Assembly: GCA_016214565.1 (NCBI GenBank)
Contig: JACROE010000002.1
Location: 856,007-920,006 of the forward strand
Length of the DNA: 64,000 nt
Direction: 5' to 3'
Source: Candidatus Kerfeldbacteria bacterium
Lineage (GTDB): Bacteria; Patescibacteriota; Patescibacteriia; UBA10025; JAHIVO01
The position numbers and the translations under genes are program-made. How positions within the stretch are numbered: position 1 is the first letter of the stretch; each line of letters opens with the position of its first letter. The notes below the pieces were generated by a model, which saw only the letters and a list, made by a program, of their open reading frames with translations, was not told where the DNA came from and made no database searches. Of the stretch, positions 40,259 to 51,000 are shown piece after piece.

Positions 40259-41814
40259 ATAAATTTGAAACAGTTATTGGTTTAGAAATCCATGTACAGC
40301 TCAAGACCAAGAGCAAGATGTTTTCTGATTGCCCAGTTCCGGCTGATGCCGCCACGCCCAATACCGCCGTGGATCCCTTAACCCTGGGGCATCCCGGCAC
40401 GTTGCCGGTGATTAATGAGCAGGCGGTGCGCTATGCGGTGATGGCCGCCCTGGCGCTGCACTGTGAGATCAACCGGCGCTCGTGGTTTGACCGCAAAAGC
40501 TATTTCTATCCTGACTTGCCCAAAGGCTATCAAATTTCCCAATCAGAAAAGCCATTTGGCTATGATGGGCATCTGATCGTGCAGTATGGCGAGAAGCGGG
40601 AGCGCATCCGCATTGAACGTGTGCACCTGGAGGAAGATACGGGGAAATTATTGCATGACACTGAGAAGAACGTCAGCTATGTTGACTACAATCGCGCGGG
40701 TACGCCACTGATGGAAGTGGTGACGCATCCGGATTTTGATACGCCCGAAGCCGCCAAGGCATTTCTCCAGGAACTCAGGTTGATCATGCGGTACTTGGGT
40801 ATTTCTGATGCCGACATGGAAAAAGGACACTTGCGTTGTGACGCGAATATTTCCCTGCGGCCAAACCCATCGTATTTCACTGATGAGAAAAACGCAGCCC
40901 TGGGCAGCATCGGTTTGGATCCGAAGAAATTATATCCCAAGACGGAAATCAAAAATCTCAATTCATTCCGGGCAGTGGAACGTGCCTTAACCTACGAAAT
41001 TAAAAGACAAACCGAGCTGTGGCTGGCTGGGACTCCGCCTGATGCTCAATCCACGCGCGGTTGGAATGATGCGACCGGCGAGACCGTTTTGCAACGCGTG
41101 AAAGAGGAACAGCATGACTATCGGTATTTCCCCGAGCCAGATTTGCCACCGGTTGTTTTGGATGACGCATTTATGGATTCTGTAAAAATGACATTGGGCG
41201 AATTACCGCAGGATAAGCGCGAGCGGTTTCATAAGCAGTTTGGCCTGAATGCGTATGATGCAGGCATTATTGTCAGTGATAAAGTCTTGGCTGACTATTT
41301 TGAAAATGTTATTAGTGAATTGCGTGCTTGGTTGATTGCCGATGCAGGATTGGAAGGAACTGAAGAGGAAGTCTGGGCTAACCACGGATTAAAATTAGTT
41401 AAGAGCACCGCTAATTGGATCATTTCTCGCTTGTTGAAACTCGTGAACACGCATGGCGGTTCTTTTGCAGACTTGCCAATTACTCCAGAAAATTTTGCCG
41501 AGCTGATGACGTTGCTCTTTCAGCACCGGGTGAATAATCAGACGGGCCAGGTGATCCTGGAAAAAATGTTTGCCACCGGCGGCGATCCGTCTGAATTGCT
41601 GGAGCAGTCGGGCCTCGGCGTCCAGCATGATGCGAAATCGCTTGAAGCTATTATTATCGAAGTGTTGCAGGCGCATCCGGATCGGGTGGCAGAGTATCGC
41701 GCGGGCAAGAAACCGGTGCTGCAGTACTTGATCGGCCAAGTTATGCGCGCCTCGAAAGGCACCGCCGATGCACAATCGGTGGCCGAGTTGCTCCAGGAAA
41801 AATTAGACGCCTAG
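40255..41814 (+). CDS. gatB: Asp/Glu-tRNA amidotransferase subunit B
   Basis: GatB motif ETVIGLEIHVQL and a C-terminal GatB/YqeY domain. Overlaps the tmk stop (ATGA). Confidence 0.9.
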   Translation: MNKFETVIGLEIHVQLKTKSKMFSDCPVPADAATPNTAVDPLTLGHPGTLPVINEQAVRYAVMAALALHCEINRRSWFDRKSYFYPDLPKGYQISQSEKPFGYDGHLIVQYGEKRERIRIERVHLEEDTGKLLHDTEKNVSYVDYNRAGTPLMEVVTHPDFDTPEAAKAFLQELRLIMRYLGISDADMEKGHLRCDANISLRPNPSYFTDEKNAALGSIGLDPKKLYPKTEIKNLNSFRAVERALTYEIKRQTELWLAGTPPDAQSTRGWNDATGETVLQRVKEEQHDYRYFPEPDLPPVVLDDAFMDSVKMTLGELPQDKRERFHKQFGLNAYDAGIIVSDKVLADYFENVISELRAWLIADAGLEGTEEEVWANHGLKLVKSTANWIISRLLKLVNTHGGSFADLPITPENFAELMTLLFQHRVNNQTGQVILEKMFATGGDPSELLEQSGLGVQHDAKSLEAIIIEVLQAHPDRVAEYRAGKKPVLQYLIGQVMRASKGTADAQSVAELLQEKLDA

Positions 41815-42140
41815 GCGAATTTTTTGGCAGAGCGACGAGATCGATCGGTTTGCTTGTCTTTGTATTTGGTGACTTGGCGTTCCAGTTTCTTCAGGCACTG
41901 CTCAATAGCGGTGCGCATGTGCTCGGCTTTTTGTCCGGCCATCAGCACAATGCCGGGTAATCTGACGGATAATTCCACGCGGTATACTTTTCCGGTATGC
42001 TGATTATGGTCATGGTCAAGTTCGGCTTTTGAAGAAATGATTTGGGAAGAAAATTTTTCCAATTTGCGCAATTCCTGAGTAACATAATCCTGGAGGGTGG
42101 GCGACAGTTTGAAATTTTTTCCACTAATGATAGTCGGCAT
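41811..42140 (-). CDS. hpf: Ribosome hibernation promoting factor (RaiA/YfiA short form)
   Basis: 109 aa with the sigma54-modulation/RaiA fold pattern (ITGKN..L...L.DYV..KL.KL....). Convergent 4-nt overlap with gatB. Confidence 0.85.
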   Translation of the reverse strand: MPTIISGKNFKLSPTLQDYVTQELRKLEKFSSQIISSKAELDHDHNQHTGKVYRVELSVRLPGIVLMAGQKAEHMRTAIEQCLKKLERQVTKYKDKQTDRSRRSAKKFA

Positions 42141-42171
42141 AGGAATTTGTTTTTATCGTATCAATAGGTGT

Positions 42172-42199
42172 ATTATAGCGCGCTGCCGGTGCACGTCAA
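42172..42199 (-). promoter_or_regulatory. sigma70 promoter for hpf (TTGACG-16-TATAAT on the minus strand)
   Basis: Reverse complement of 42194-42199 gives TTGACG; reverse complement of 42172-42177 gives TATAAT. Confidence 0.45.
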
Positions 42200-42300
42200 T
42201 TACATACGCGGTAAACCCCAATAGTATTGACTCCCTGAAGGGTGTTTGCTAGTCTGGAATTCGTTGGTCAATGGTTTCTAAAAAAAGGAGGTATTCCGCC

Positions 42301-42471
42301 GTGTCTGAGACCAATCGTACATACCCATGTCCGGACTGCCAGCAACCAGTTCCGGTCGGGAAAAAATGCTCTTGCCAGAGCCAAACTTCTGAGGAAGAAT
42401 ATGAAGTAGGCCGACCGGGCAATGTTCCCGCGATATTTTCTGAGCGGGATGGAGATGCTATCCACGAGTAA
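42301..42471 (+). CDS. Small zinc-ribbon protein (CPDC...CSC), GTG start
   Basis: SD AAAGGAGG sits 9 nt upstream of GTG 42301. 56 aa with an acidic tail. Followed by a strong terminator. Confidence 0.4.
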   Translation: MSETNRTYPCPDCQQPVPVGKKCSCQSQTSEEEYEVGRPGNVPAIFSERDGDAIHE

Positions 42472-42497
42472 TGGTCGGCCAAACAATGTTGGCTCTC

Positions 42498-42537
42498 AGT
42501 GCGTTATCTATTTGCCGGTAACGCACTTATTTTTTTT
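42498..42537 (+). terminator. Rho-independent terminator
   Basis: AGTGCGTTA-N12-TAACGCACT followed by T8. Confidence 0.6.
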
Positions 42538-43420
42538 GGTGGATGTGTGAGGCAATCAGCCGTGCTATCTCCAACCGCGTGAGATTCCAATGAATGTGGG
42601 TATCCGGTCGGAACCAGGTGCGTTGGCGTTTGGCGTATTGCTGGATTTCATGTTCGAGTTGCCGCACCATGTCCTGACGGGAGAGCTTCCTCTGGAGGTA
42701 GCGGCTGATATAGCGGTACTCCAGACCCAGTGCTTCCAGTCGTTTCCAGCTTACTCCACGGCGGTGTAGTCGCTGCACTTCAGCGATCATGCCGCGCTGG
42801 AGCCGGGAGCGCAAACGAATCGCAATATTGCGGTGAAGTTTTTTTTGAGGTGGGTTAATCCCAATCATTAGTATGCGGTAGGGATTGCTTTTTGTCAGCG
42901 GGGGCACCGCGGCATCAGTTGCTTTGATAATTTCAATGGCGCGAATGAGACGATAGGGGTTTTGGCGGTCAATGGTTTTGGCGCGGCGGGGATCCAGGCC
43001 TTTGAGCAGGGTGTACAGTTGTGCTGGTGATTTTTTCATGAGCCGAGCCCGCAGTTTTTTATTTGGCTTGACTGACGGCAGGGCTAAATCATCAATCACC
43101 GTGCGAATCCAAAAACCGGTTCCACCCACCAGAAAGGGGAGGTGGCCGCGCCTGTGTATGTCATAAATGGCTTTTTGCGCGTCACGCTTAAAATGCGCCA
43201 CGGTGTATTCCTGGGTTGGTGTAGCCACATCGAGTAGGTGATGAGGCACTATCGTCTGTTCTTTTTTTGTGGCTTTGCCACTGCCGATATCCATGCCACG
43301 ATACACTTGGCGCGAGTCCGCGGAAACGATTTCACCATGGAATTTTTTAGCCAAAGCGAGTGACAACGAGGTTTTTCCCGAAGCAGTCGGCCCGACGATG
43401 ACAATGAGAGGTTGTTTCAT
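42527..43420 (-). CDS. miaA: tRNA dimethylallyltransferase
   Basis: P-loop GPTASGKT, then SADSRQVYRGMDIGSGK. Start at the ATG 43420 (MKQPLIVIVG). Confidence 0.9.
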   Translation of the reverse strand: MKQPLIVIVGPTASGKTSLSLALAKKFHGEIVSADSRQVYRGMDIGSGKATKKEQTIVPHHLLDVATPTQEYTVAHFKRDAQKAIYDIHRRGHLPFLVGGTGFWIRTVIDDLALPSVKPNKKLRARLMKKSPAQLYTLLKGLDPRRAKTIDRQNPYRLIRAIEIIKATDAAVPPLTKSNPYRILMIGINPPQKKLHRNIAIRLRSRLQRGMIAEVQRLHRRGVSWKRLEALGLEYRYISRYLQRKLSRQDMVRQLEHEIQQYAKRQRTWFRPDTHIHWNLTRLEIARLIASHIHQKK

Positions 43421-43534
43421 AGAAGTAAGTATAGCAGGCATATCGACATTTATCACCATTGACAAAAGGCTTGTTTGAGCGTACAATCGTCGACTACTGT
43501 ACTATTCACGTTCTTTAACTATACGGAGGTTTTC

Positions 43535-44203
43535 GTGCACAACCATGCACGTGGCCATAGAGTTTATCGTGTTGTTCGCGTGTTGATTAAGCGCAATCCG
43601 CTTAAGTCAATTCTCATCGCTGCATTCGCGGCATTCTGGATCGGCGTTGGTTGCTATCACTTTCTCGTTCAGTATGAATGGGGACGGTGGCTGATGACGC
43701 TTGTCGCGACCATGTATTGGTCAGAAGCAAGTGTGTCAACCATGGTGGCAACCGGTCGGCCTTTCTGGGAAATCGTATGCTTTGTTCTTCTCGCGGATGG
43801 TTTGATTATTACTGGCGAAGTACTGGTGTATGCACCTGTCTTGGCCTGGAAAAAATCTAAGGGAATCTTTGATTGGTTTTCGTGGCAGCTAAAAAAACTG
43901 CTGATATTACCATTTAGACTTCTCAGCCATCTTTCGCCGCGTTTCCAGCATTGGCTGGAACGACTTGAAGCACGGTTTTCTGGATATCACAAAAATCCAG
44001 GCACGGTCGGCCTCGGCGTTCTCTTCATGCTTGGACTGGTTCCGCGCATTCCCGGATTTGTTATCGGTGGTGTCAGTATCGGGGTTTTTGCGCTTCGGTA
44101 CAACAAAACCGGTTTCCCCGGATGGATTGCGCTGATATCAGCGATACTGCTGCGCCACGGCATCTGGCTGGGCGCGCAATACGGACTCTGGTCACTTTTT
44201 TAG
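43535..44203 (+). CDS. Polytopic membrane protein (hypothetical), GTG start
   Basis: SD GGAGG is 6 nt before the GTG at 43535; 5-6 TM helices. Confidence 0.4.
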   Translation: MHNHARGHRVYRVVRVLIKRNPLKSILIAAFAAFWIGVGCYHFLVQYEWGRWLMTLVATMYWSEASVSTMVATGRPFWEIVCFVLLADGLIITGEVLVYAPVLAWKKSKGIFDWFSWQLKKLLILPFRLLSHLSPRFQHWLERLEARFSGYHKNPGTVGLGVLFMLGLVPRIPGFVIGGVSIGVFALRYNKTGFPGWIALISAILLRHGIWLGAQYGLWSLF

Positions 44204-44274
44204 CAACAAGCCTTTGTGGAATCCACCGAGGCTTGTTATTTTTTTATAGTGCGGTGGTGTGCTATACTGATATT

Positions 44275-44430
44275 ATGGATATTGAACAATTTCCTTCTTC
44301 ATCAGAACAAAAGCAAACACTTACCAAAACTACCGCGCCGATGACCGTTGCGGTGAAAGTATTGGTTACGGTGATAGTGCTGGGCGCGGTTGCTGGCGGT
44401 ATTTACGCAGCCGTGGTGCTTTCACAGTAG
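44275..44430 (+). CDS. Small single-TM protein (51 aa)
   Basis: TATACT ends 7 nt before the ATG (leaderless-type). C-terminal TM VTVIVLGAVAGGIYAAVVL. Confidence 0.25.
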   Translation: MDIEQFPSSSEQKQTLTKTTAPMTVAVKVLVTVIVLGAVAGGIYAAVVLSQ

Positions 44431-44865
44431 TCGTTGCTGGTCATGAATTACGCAGGTGCCAGCTTGTGAGGGCTGGTTTTTAGTTATCCACAGCCTTATC
44501 GTTGACCTACGATTTACGTGTGATACACTCCCGGATACCTTTACGGAAGTTAGTACACGTTATTTCCGGGAAGGGAGAGTCAACCGTTGTTGATTTTGGT
44601 GATGTCTCACACATCATGTATGTGTACACTCCACGTTGAGTGTAATTTGAGACTTATGTCATCAATTGCGCCACTGCGAGCTTTCGACTCCCAGTATGCT
44701 GGGATCGCACGTGACCGCGTAGGCACGTTTTTTCTTGAGTGACCCATTGGTTGCATCCTGTTGTGCACCAAACGTGCATGCGATTATTATCGCCCTACTC
44801 AACATTTTTCAGACTTTCCCTTTCCCGAAGAGGGCACTCACCATGAGTGCCCTACTTTTTTTACC
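44431..44865 (+). ncRNA. Candidate structured non-coding RNA region ending in a + strand intrinsic terminator (identity unknown)
   Basis: 435 bp with no credible ORF between convergent genes. Multiple stable hairpins: CTCCCGGA...TCCGGGAAGGGAG at about 44527-44578, and TACACTC-cacgttg-GAGTGTA at about 44618-44640. Terminator AGGGCACTC-acc-ATGAGTGCCCT followed by ACTTTTTTT at 44832-44864. Confidence 0.3.
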
Positions 44866-44899
44866 CACGCACCAGTCCCCGAACCACTCACTCTCGTTT

Positions 44900-46744
44900 T
44901 CACTTCCGTTTTTCGATTTCTTGTTGGACACGCTTGATAAATGCCGTTTGGGAAATAGCAAGTAATGTTTTTTTGCCGCGCAACCGGACTGCCAGCTTGC
45001 TGCTGTTCATTTCTTTATCGCCGATGACCAGCATGTAGGGGACTTTCTGCTTTTCTGCATTACGAATTTTGTAACCAACGGTTTCATTCGCATCGATTAG
45101 TTTCGAGCGGATGCCGGCTGCGATAAATAGTTGGTGTAATTTTTTTGCGTAGCGGATATGTGCTTTACCAACCGTTAATATTGCCACCTGCACCGGTGCC
45201 AGCCAGACGGGGAAGGCGCCGGCAAAATGTTCAATCAAGATTCCCACAAAACGTTCCATGCTGCCCAGGATGGCGCGATGAATAATGACTGGTCGGACGT
45301 CATTGCCATGTTCATCGGTGTAACTGAGGTTAAATCGCTCAGGAACATTATAGTCGAGCTGAATCGTGGTTAATTGCCATGAGCGACCGAGCGCGTCATT
45401 GATATTGATATCAACCTTTGGCCCATAGAAGGCGCCGTCTTTTTCTTTCAATTCAAAAGGTATTTTTTGTGACTTGAGTGCGCTAGCTAATTCCTTTTCC
45501 GCGGCGCGCCAGGTAGCTTCGGTGCCGAGGTGCTGGTCGGGCATGGTGGAGAGATAGAATTTTGGCTGGAATCCGAAATATTTATACACTCGTTTCATCA
45601 TCGCCAGGCATTGCTTCACTTCTGCCTGGATCTGGTCCGGGCGGGCGTAGATATGCGCGTCATCCATCGTAAATTGCCGCACACGAAAAAGTCCACCCAA
45701 GGCGCCGGATAATTCATTCCGCGAGTTTAGTCCGAATTCTGCCAAACGCACAGGAAGCTCGCGGTAACTACGCTTGTGCCGGCGATACACAAACGTTGAG
45801 CCCGGACAATTCATGGGTTTCAATGAATACGTTTGCTTTTCCACGTCCATGAGAAACATGTTGTCCTGGTAGTGATCCCAGTGGCCTGATTCCTGCCATA
45901 GCTTTTGGTGAATGATTTGCGGTGTTTTAATCTCCACATAGGCATCGCGTTGGAGTTCACTGCGTATAAGGTCCTCGAGCAGGCGATAGATAATCATGCC
46001 CTGAGGCAGCCAAAATGCGGCGCCAGGGGAGACGTCGTGGAAATCAAACAGCTCGAGGTCATTGCCCAATTTGCGGTGATCGCGCTTTTTCATTTCTTCT
46101 TGAAGTGTCAGATATGCATCCAGCTCTGCTTTGGTCGGGAAAGCCACGCCATAAATCCGCTGGAGCATGGGATTTTTTTCGTCCCCACGCCAGTAGGCGC
46201 CGGCCGTCCGTGTCAGTTTAAATGCGTCAGCTTTGATTTGCTTGGTAGACTCGAGGTGGCCGCCGCGGCAGAGATCAACGAATTTGCCGGTCGTGTACGC
46301 GGTAATAGTTGCCGCGGGTTTTCCAGCTGGTGCGTTTTCCAATTCATCAAAAACTGTTGTACCCTTGGTGGCCAAATCTTGTATCAACTCAAGTTTAAAT
46401 GGTTGCCCAGCAAACAGTTTTTTCGCGTCAGCCACCGATAATTCCTGGCGTTCAAATCCTAAGCTCTGGGAAATCAATTTCCGCATTTCTTTTTCTATCT
46501 TGAGTAAGTCCTGCGGAATCAATGGCCGCGGCAAGTCAAAGTCGTAATAAAATCCGCTTTCAATCACTGGGCCAATGCCCAGCTTCGCCTCAGGAAATAT
46601 TCTGAGTACGGCGGCGGCTAAGACGTGGGCGAGCGAGTGGCGGAGCTCATGAAATTGATGCATTGGTTTTTCCATAGTATTGTAATTAAAAATTCCCAAA
46701 ACGTATGACGTTTTGGGGTCCAATTGATATGTGGACGGTTCCAC
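44900..46744 (-). CDS. thrS: Threonine--tRNA ligase
   Basis: Class II aaRS with a ThrRS editing/catalytic core (HRAILGS.ERF, FGLNSRNELSGALGGL) and a C-terminal anticodon-binding domain. GTG at 46744, or ATG at 46675. Confidence 0.92.
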   Translation of the reverse strand: MEPSTYQLDPKTSYVLGIFNYNTMEKPMHQFHELRHSLAHVLAAAVLRIFPEAKLGIGPVIESGFYYDFDLPRPLIPQDLLKIEKEMRKLISQSLGFERQELSVADAKKLFAGQPFKLELIQDLATKGTTVFDELENAPAGKPAATITAYTTGKFVDLCRGGHLESTKQIKADAFKLTRTAGAYWRGDEKNPMLQRIYGVAFPTKAELDAYLTLQEEMKKRDHRKLGNDLELFDFHDVSPGAAFWLPQGMIIYRLLEDLIRSELQRDAYVEIKTPQIIHQKLWQESGHWDHYQDNMFLMDVEKQTYSLKPMNCPGSTFVYRRHKRSYRELPVRLAEFGLNSRNELSGALGGLFRVRQFTMDDAHIYARPDQIQAEVKQCLAMMKRVYKYFGFQPKFYLSTMPDQHLGTEATWRAAEKELASALKSQKIPFELKEKDGAFYGPKVDININDALGRSWQLTTIQLDYNVPERFNLSYTDEHGNDVRPVIIHRAILGSMERFVGILIEHFAGAFPVWLAPVQVAILTVGKAHIRYAKKLHQLFIAAGIRSKLIDANETVGYKIRNAEKQKVPYMLVIGDKEMNSSKLAVRLRGKKTLLAISQTAFIKRVQQEIEKRK

Positions 46745-46909
46745 CCAAATTCCTGCCCATAGGCAGACAACTTCGTTTAAGGTGTTATTGGTTTAGTCCC
46801 GCGTATCCGCAGGATAGAAGCGCTGCTTCTCGAGTGGTTGGTAGTCACTCCATATTCCAATCAACACCAGTATTAGAGTACCGCGCTAACGGCACCGGTG
46901 TCAAGAAAA

Positions 46910-48079
46910 TTACTCTTCAATAGTTACCGCGATATGATCGGTCAAGCCAGGGGATTGACGCACCCAGAATGGAGAAAAGCGGACCGAGACTGATTGTACC
47001 TCGTCAAAATGGGAAAAGTATTCTCGAATTTCTTGCTCATCTTTATTGATCAATTTTTCCCGATCAAAAATCGGATTATCCAAGCGGGGGATGACATGTT
47101 GAGAAAAACTTGCGGTAAGGTTAGCAACCTTTTTTTCAAGGTCATATGATTTGACGCTCATCGTAATTTCTGGTGCTGCATCTGGTGCGACACGGACCTC
47201 GGCCGTTAGTTCGCTTTCAAAATTAGTTTGTAGCAATTCCGTCAGCCGTGTTTGGTCATAGGCGACGATGACAACTCGCGCACTGACGGTTACAGTGAAG
47301 GTGCTGGCTTCCTCTCCTGCTTCAGGCGTACTTAGTGTTTCTAGTGCTGTGACATCGATGGCATCAGGACTGATAGTCATGCCAGTTCCCACGGCGGCAG
47401 AATCACCGCCGAGTTCGGCAATGGCGTCATTTTTTATGTCATTGAGAACATCATCGCGAGCATTTGCCACATCTTGTTGAGTGAGGATGCGCACGGTGCG
47501 CAAGCCGCCGGTCATAGTTTCCGTGCTCTCGGCGTAGATATCATCTTGTAGTCCTTCCCACAAGCCTGGGATGATGAAGCGTGTTGGCTTAATATTTCCC
47601 TGGGGTCCGGCTTGGTCGGCATACACTGCTACGTTTTCGACTGACTCTCCGGCGGGGATGTCCACGCGCTCTTTGATGCGGAAAAGGACGCCGTCCGGGG
47701 TAAGTAGGCGGGTGGTGGCTGCCAGCACTTGCGTATCTGACCAGTTATTATAAATCGTGACAGTACCCGTGGCTTGGGCGGGTTGTTCGGTGCCCTCGCC
47801 CTCCAGGACGATCGAGGCCGATTTTTCGTATTCACGAGAAATAACACTGCCTGGGACAGCCGGAGAACTGAAAGTTGGCACCTGATCGGCGGGGGCGACA
47901 TTGACAGACAGCGTGTTAGTTTCCGGGACAGGATTAAGGGTCACGCGGATTTCAGTTTTTGAAAAAGAAAAATACACGATTAATCCTAGAATGATGGCAA
48001 CGGCCGCCGTGAAACCCATGAGCAGCCGCCGATAACTAGCTCCGGTTTTTACGCCTTGGAAATAATGCTTTTTGGTCAT
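46910..48079 (-). CDS. Signal-anchored extracytoplasmic protein (hypothetical)
   Basis: 389 aa with an N-terminal TM. 4-nt overlap with the dnaE stop (co-transcribed). Confidence 0.4.
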   Translation of the reverse strand: MTKKHYFQGVKTGASYRRLLMGFTAAVAIILGLIVYFSFSKTEIRVTLNPVPETNTLSVNVAPADQVPTFSSPAVPGSVISREYEKSASIVLEGEGTEQPAQATGTVTIYNNWSDTQVLAATTRLLTPDGVLFRIKERVDIPAGESVENVAVYADQAGPQGNIKPTRFIIPGLWEGLQDDIYAESTETMTGGLRTVRILTQQDVANARDDVLNDIKNDAIAELGGDSAAVGTGMTISPDAIDVTALETLSTPEAGEEASTFTVTVSARVVIVAYDQTRLTELLQTNFESELTAEVRVAPDAAPEITMSVKSYDLEKKVANLTASFSQHVIPRLDNPIFDREKLINKDEQEIREYFSHFDEVQSVSVRFSPFWVRQSPGLTDHIAVTIEE

Positions 48080-51000
48080 TGTTGTTCGGTCACTATTATA
48101 TTTTCCGCGCCGATTAATTCGCTAATCGGAGCAATGGCGTCTTTGCTGACGCGGGCGCTGGTGACAATTTTTTTCGGTTGATTATTCACGGTCATTCGCA
48201 GATGAATGTGATACGAGCCTGGGAAATTTCCAAACGTCAGCTTGAGTGCTTCAAATGCCTCTCGGCTAGTGGTGGGGGGGATGGTCAAATAAATTATACC
48301 ACCAGTAGCGTCGGGTGTCGCGGCGATATGAGATGTGCCAAGCACGGGAGAGTGCTCGACCAGCTCCAGTGTACGCGCTTCGTCAGCCAGCATTTTTGGC
48401 ACTCCATCCTTATCAGAAATTTTCCCGGAAACGAGTACGCGGGCATCCTCGACCCAGAGTGCTGGCCGCGCTTGCAGTACGGAGGGAAATACCAGTACTT
48501 CGATGCGGCCAGACATGTCTTCGAGCTTAGCGAAAAGCATGGCTTGGTTGGCGCGGGTGATTTTCTTTTGGATACTGGTAATAACTCCAGCCACGGTGAT
48601 TCGTTTATTGCGGGTTGCCAGTGCTTCATTGATCGGTGTGGCCTGAGCCTTGATCTGGTCAGTATATTCAGCCAGCGGGTGCTCGGAAATGTACAATCCA
48701 AGCAATTCTTTTTCCCAGGCGAGACGTTGTTGCTTCGTGGCCGCCGGGGTTGGCTTGAGACGCAGTTGGGGAGCGTGTTGCGTAGGGAGCGTACCAAATA
48801 AATTTATTTGGCTGTTGTTTGCTTCGGATTCAGCGGAGCGTGCCATCAGCAACAGCGATTCCAGATTGTGCAAGAGTTGATTTTGTTCGCCAAACGAACC
48901 AAGCGCCCCTGATTTAATGAGACTTTCAAGAGATTTTTTATTTAAATCTTTCGTTTGCACACGAGTCAAGAAATCTTCGAGGTTGCGGTAATTACCATTA
49001 TCCTTACGCTCTTTAATAATTGTTTTGACTACATTAAATCCAACGTTTTTTATTGCCAGTAAACCAAAGCGGATTTTCTTTTCCGGTTTTTTTGTTTTTG
49101 GGTCAAACACCGCAGTAAATGTCGAATAGCTTTCATTGATGTCGGGTGGCAGCACTTTAATACCCATGCGTTCGCATTCCTCGACTTCAATAGCAATTCG
49201 ATCCACGTCGCCATAGTCGGAGGTCAGCAGGGAAGCCATAAATTCATCGGGGTAATGCGCCTTAAAATAAGCTGTTTGATAGGCGATCAGGGCATAGCAG
49301 GCGGCGTGAGCGCGATTGAAACCATAGCGGGCAAACGGCTCAATAAATTGCCAGATATGTTCGGCGGTAGAACGGGGAATTTCATTTTTGATCATGCCCT
49401 GGATCATCTTGTCGCGCTGTTCATCAAGTAAGGCTTTGATCTTTTTACCCACGGCTTTGCGCAAGACGTCAGCTTCAGCTAGTGTGAAGCCGGCTAAGTC
49501 GCGGGCGATTTGCATTACTTGTTCCTGGTAGACCGCGATACCGTATGTTTTTTCTAGAATCGGTTGCAGTTTCGGATGCAAATACGTGAGTTGTTTCCGT
49601 CCGTGCTTGCCATCAATGAAGTCGGGAATGAGTTCCATCGGTCCCGGTCGGTAGAGCGCCACCATGGCAATGATATCCTCAAATTCAGTCGGCTTGAGCT
49701 GCTTTAAATAGCGCTTCATGCCCGCAGATTCCAACTGAAAAACACCGGTGGTTTCACCGCGCTGCAAAATTTTGAAAGTCACCTTATCTTCCAGGGGCAG
49801 GCTGTCGATGGACATCTCTTGGCCACGCGCTTTGCGGATAATATCAATCGTGTTCTCCAGGATAGTTAGGTTCTTCAGCCCAAGAAAATCCATCTTGAGC
49901 AGGCCAAGCGCTTCCACGGCGTATAAGTCATACTGGGTAATAATCGCTTCTTCAGCTTGATTGGGCGGGTATTGGACCGGTACATAGTTGTCGAGTGCTT
50001 CTTTGGTAATGACGACACCACAGGCGTGGGTGGAAGCATGGCGAGCGACGCCTTCCAGTTTGCGTGCGGCGCTGATTACTTTCTGTGCATCTGGATCCTG
50101 CGTGTACAGCTCTTTGAATTCCGGCACTTGTTCAAGAGCCTGATCAATGGTGGAAAACATTGGAATAAGTTTCGCAATTTTGTCGCAGTAGCTGTATGGA
50201 ATATCAAGTACGCGTCCAGCATCGCGAACGGCAGCCCGAGCCGCCATGGTACCGAAGGTGATTATTTGTGAAACATGGTCCTTGCCGTATTTTTTCTCGA
50301 CGTACCGGATGACTTCATCCCGGCGTGCATCAGCAAAATCCAAATCAATATCTGGCATGGAAATACGCTCGGGATTAAGAAACCGTTCGAAAAGCAAATC
50401 GTATTTCAGCGGATCTATATTGGTGATATTGGTCAGATAGGCGACAATACTGCCAGCGGCAGATCCGCGGCCAGGGCCAACTACGATACCGTTCTGCTTT
50501 GCCCAGTTGACGAAATCCTGAACAATCAGAAAGTATGAAGCAAATCCCGTTTTTTCAATGACATTGAGTTCATATTCAAGGCGGTCTAATACTTCTGCGT
50601 CATTGATTCGGTTCGGATAGCGCTTCGGTATTCCCTCGAGGCATAATTCGCGCAAGTACGAATTTGGCGTTTTTCCTTCGGGCACCGAGAAATAGGGGAG
50701 CTGGACTTCTCCCAAGGGGAGTTTGAGATTGCACAGGTCTGCTATTTTTTTAGTATTGCTAATAACTTCTGGGTGGTCGGAGAAAGCGGCAACCATCTGG
50801 TCACCTGAGCAAAATGAAAAGTCCTCGCCCATCATGGTCATGCGGTCAGGGTCGCCTTGTTTTTTCTTTGTCTGGATGCAGAGCAGTATATCCTGGTATT
50901 GGTCATCTTCGCGATTTGTGTAATGCACATCGTTGGTGGCGACTACCGGAATATCTAATTGTGCGCTCAGGTCGAATATTTTTTCGTTAACCTCTTTTTG

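Noticed and set aside
44431-44899. Identification as tmRNA, RNase P RNA or SRP RNA
   Set aside because: I found none of the conserved motifs by eye: no GGGG...TTCGAC 5' end or tRNA-like 3' end, no GGAAAGTCCGG, no GGAAGGAAGCAGC. The region is therefore reported only as a candidate ncRNA of unknown class.
46745-46909. A T-box riboswitch upstream of thrS (the motif ATTAGAGTACCGCG resembles the T-box AATTAGGGTGGTACCGCG)
   Set aside because: The motif is on the + strand whereas thrS is on the minus strand. The GGTGG core is missing and the spacer is only 165 nt, too short for a T-box leader.
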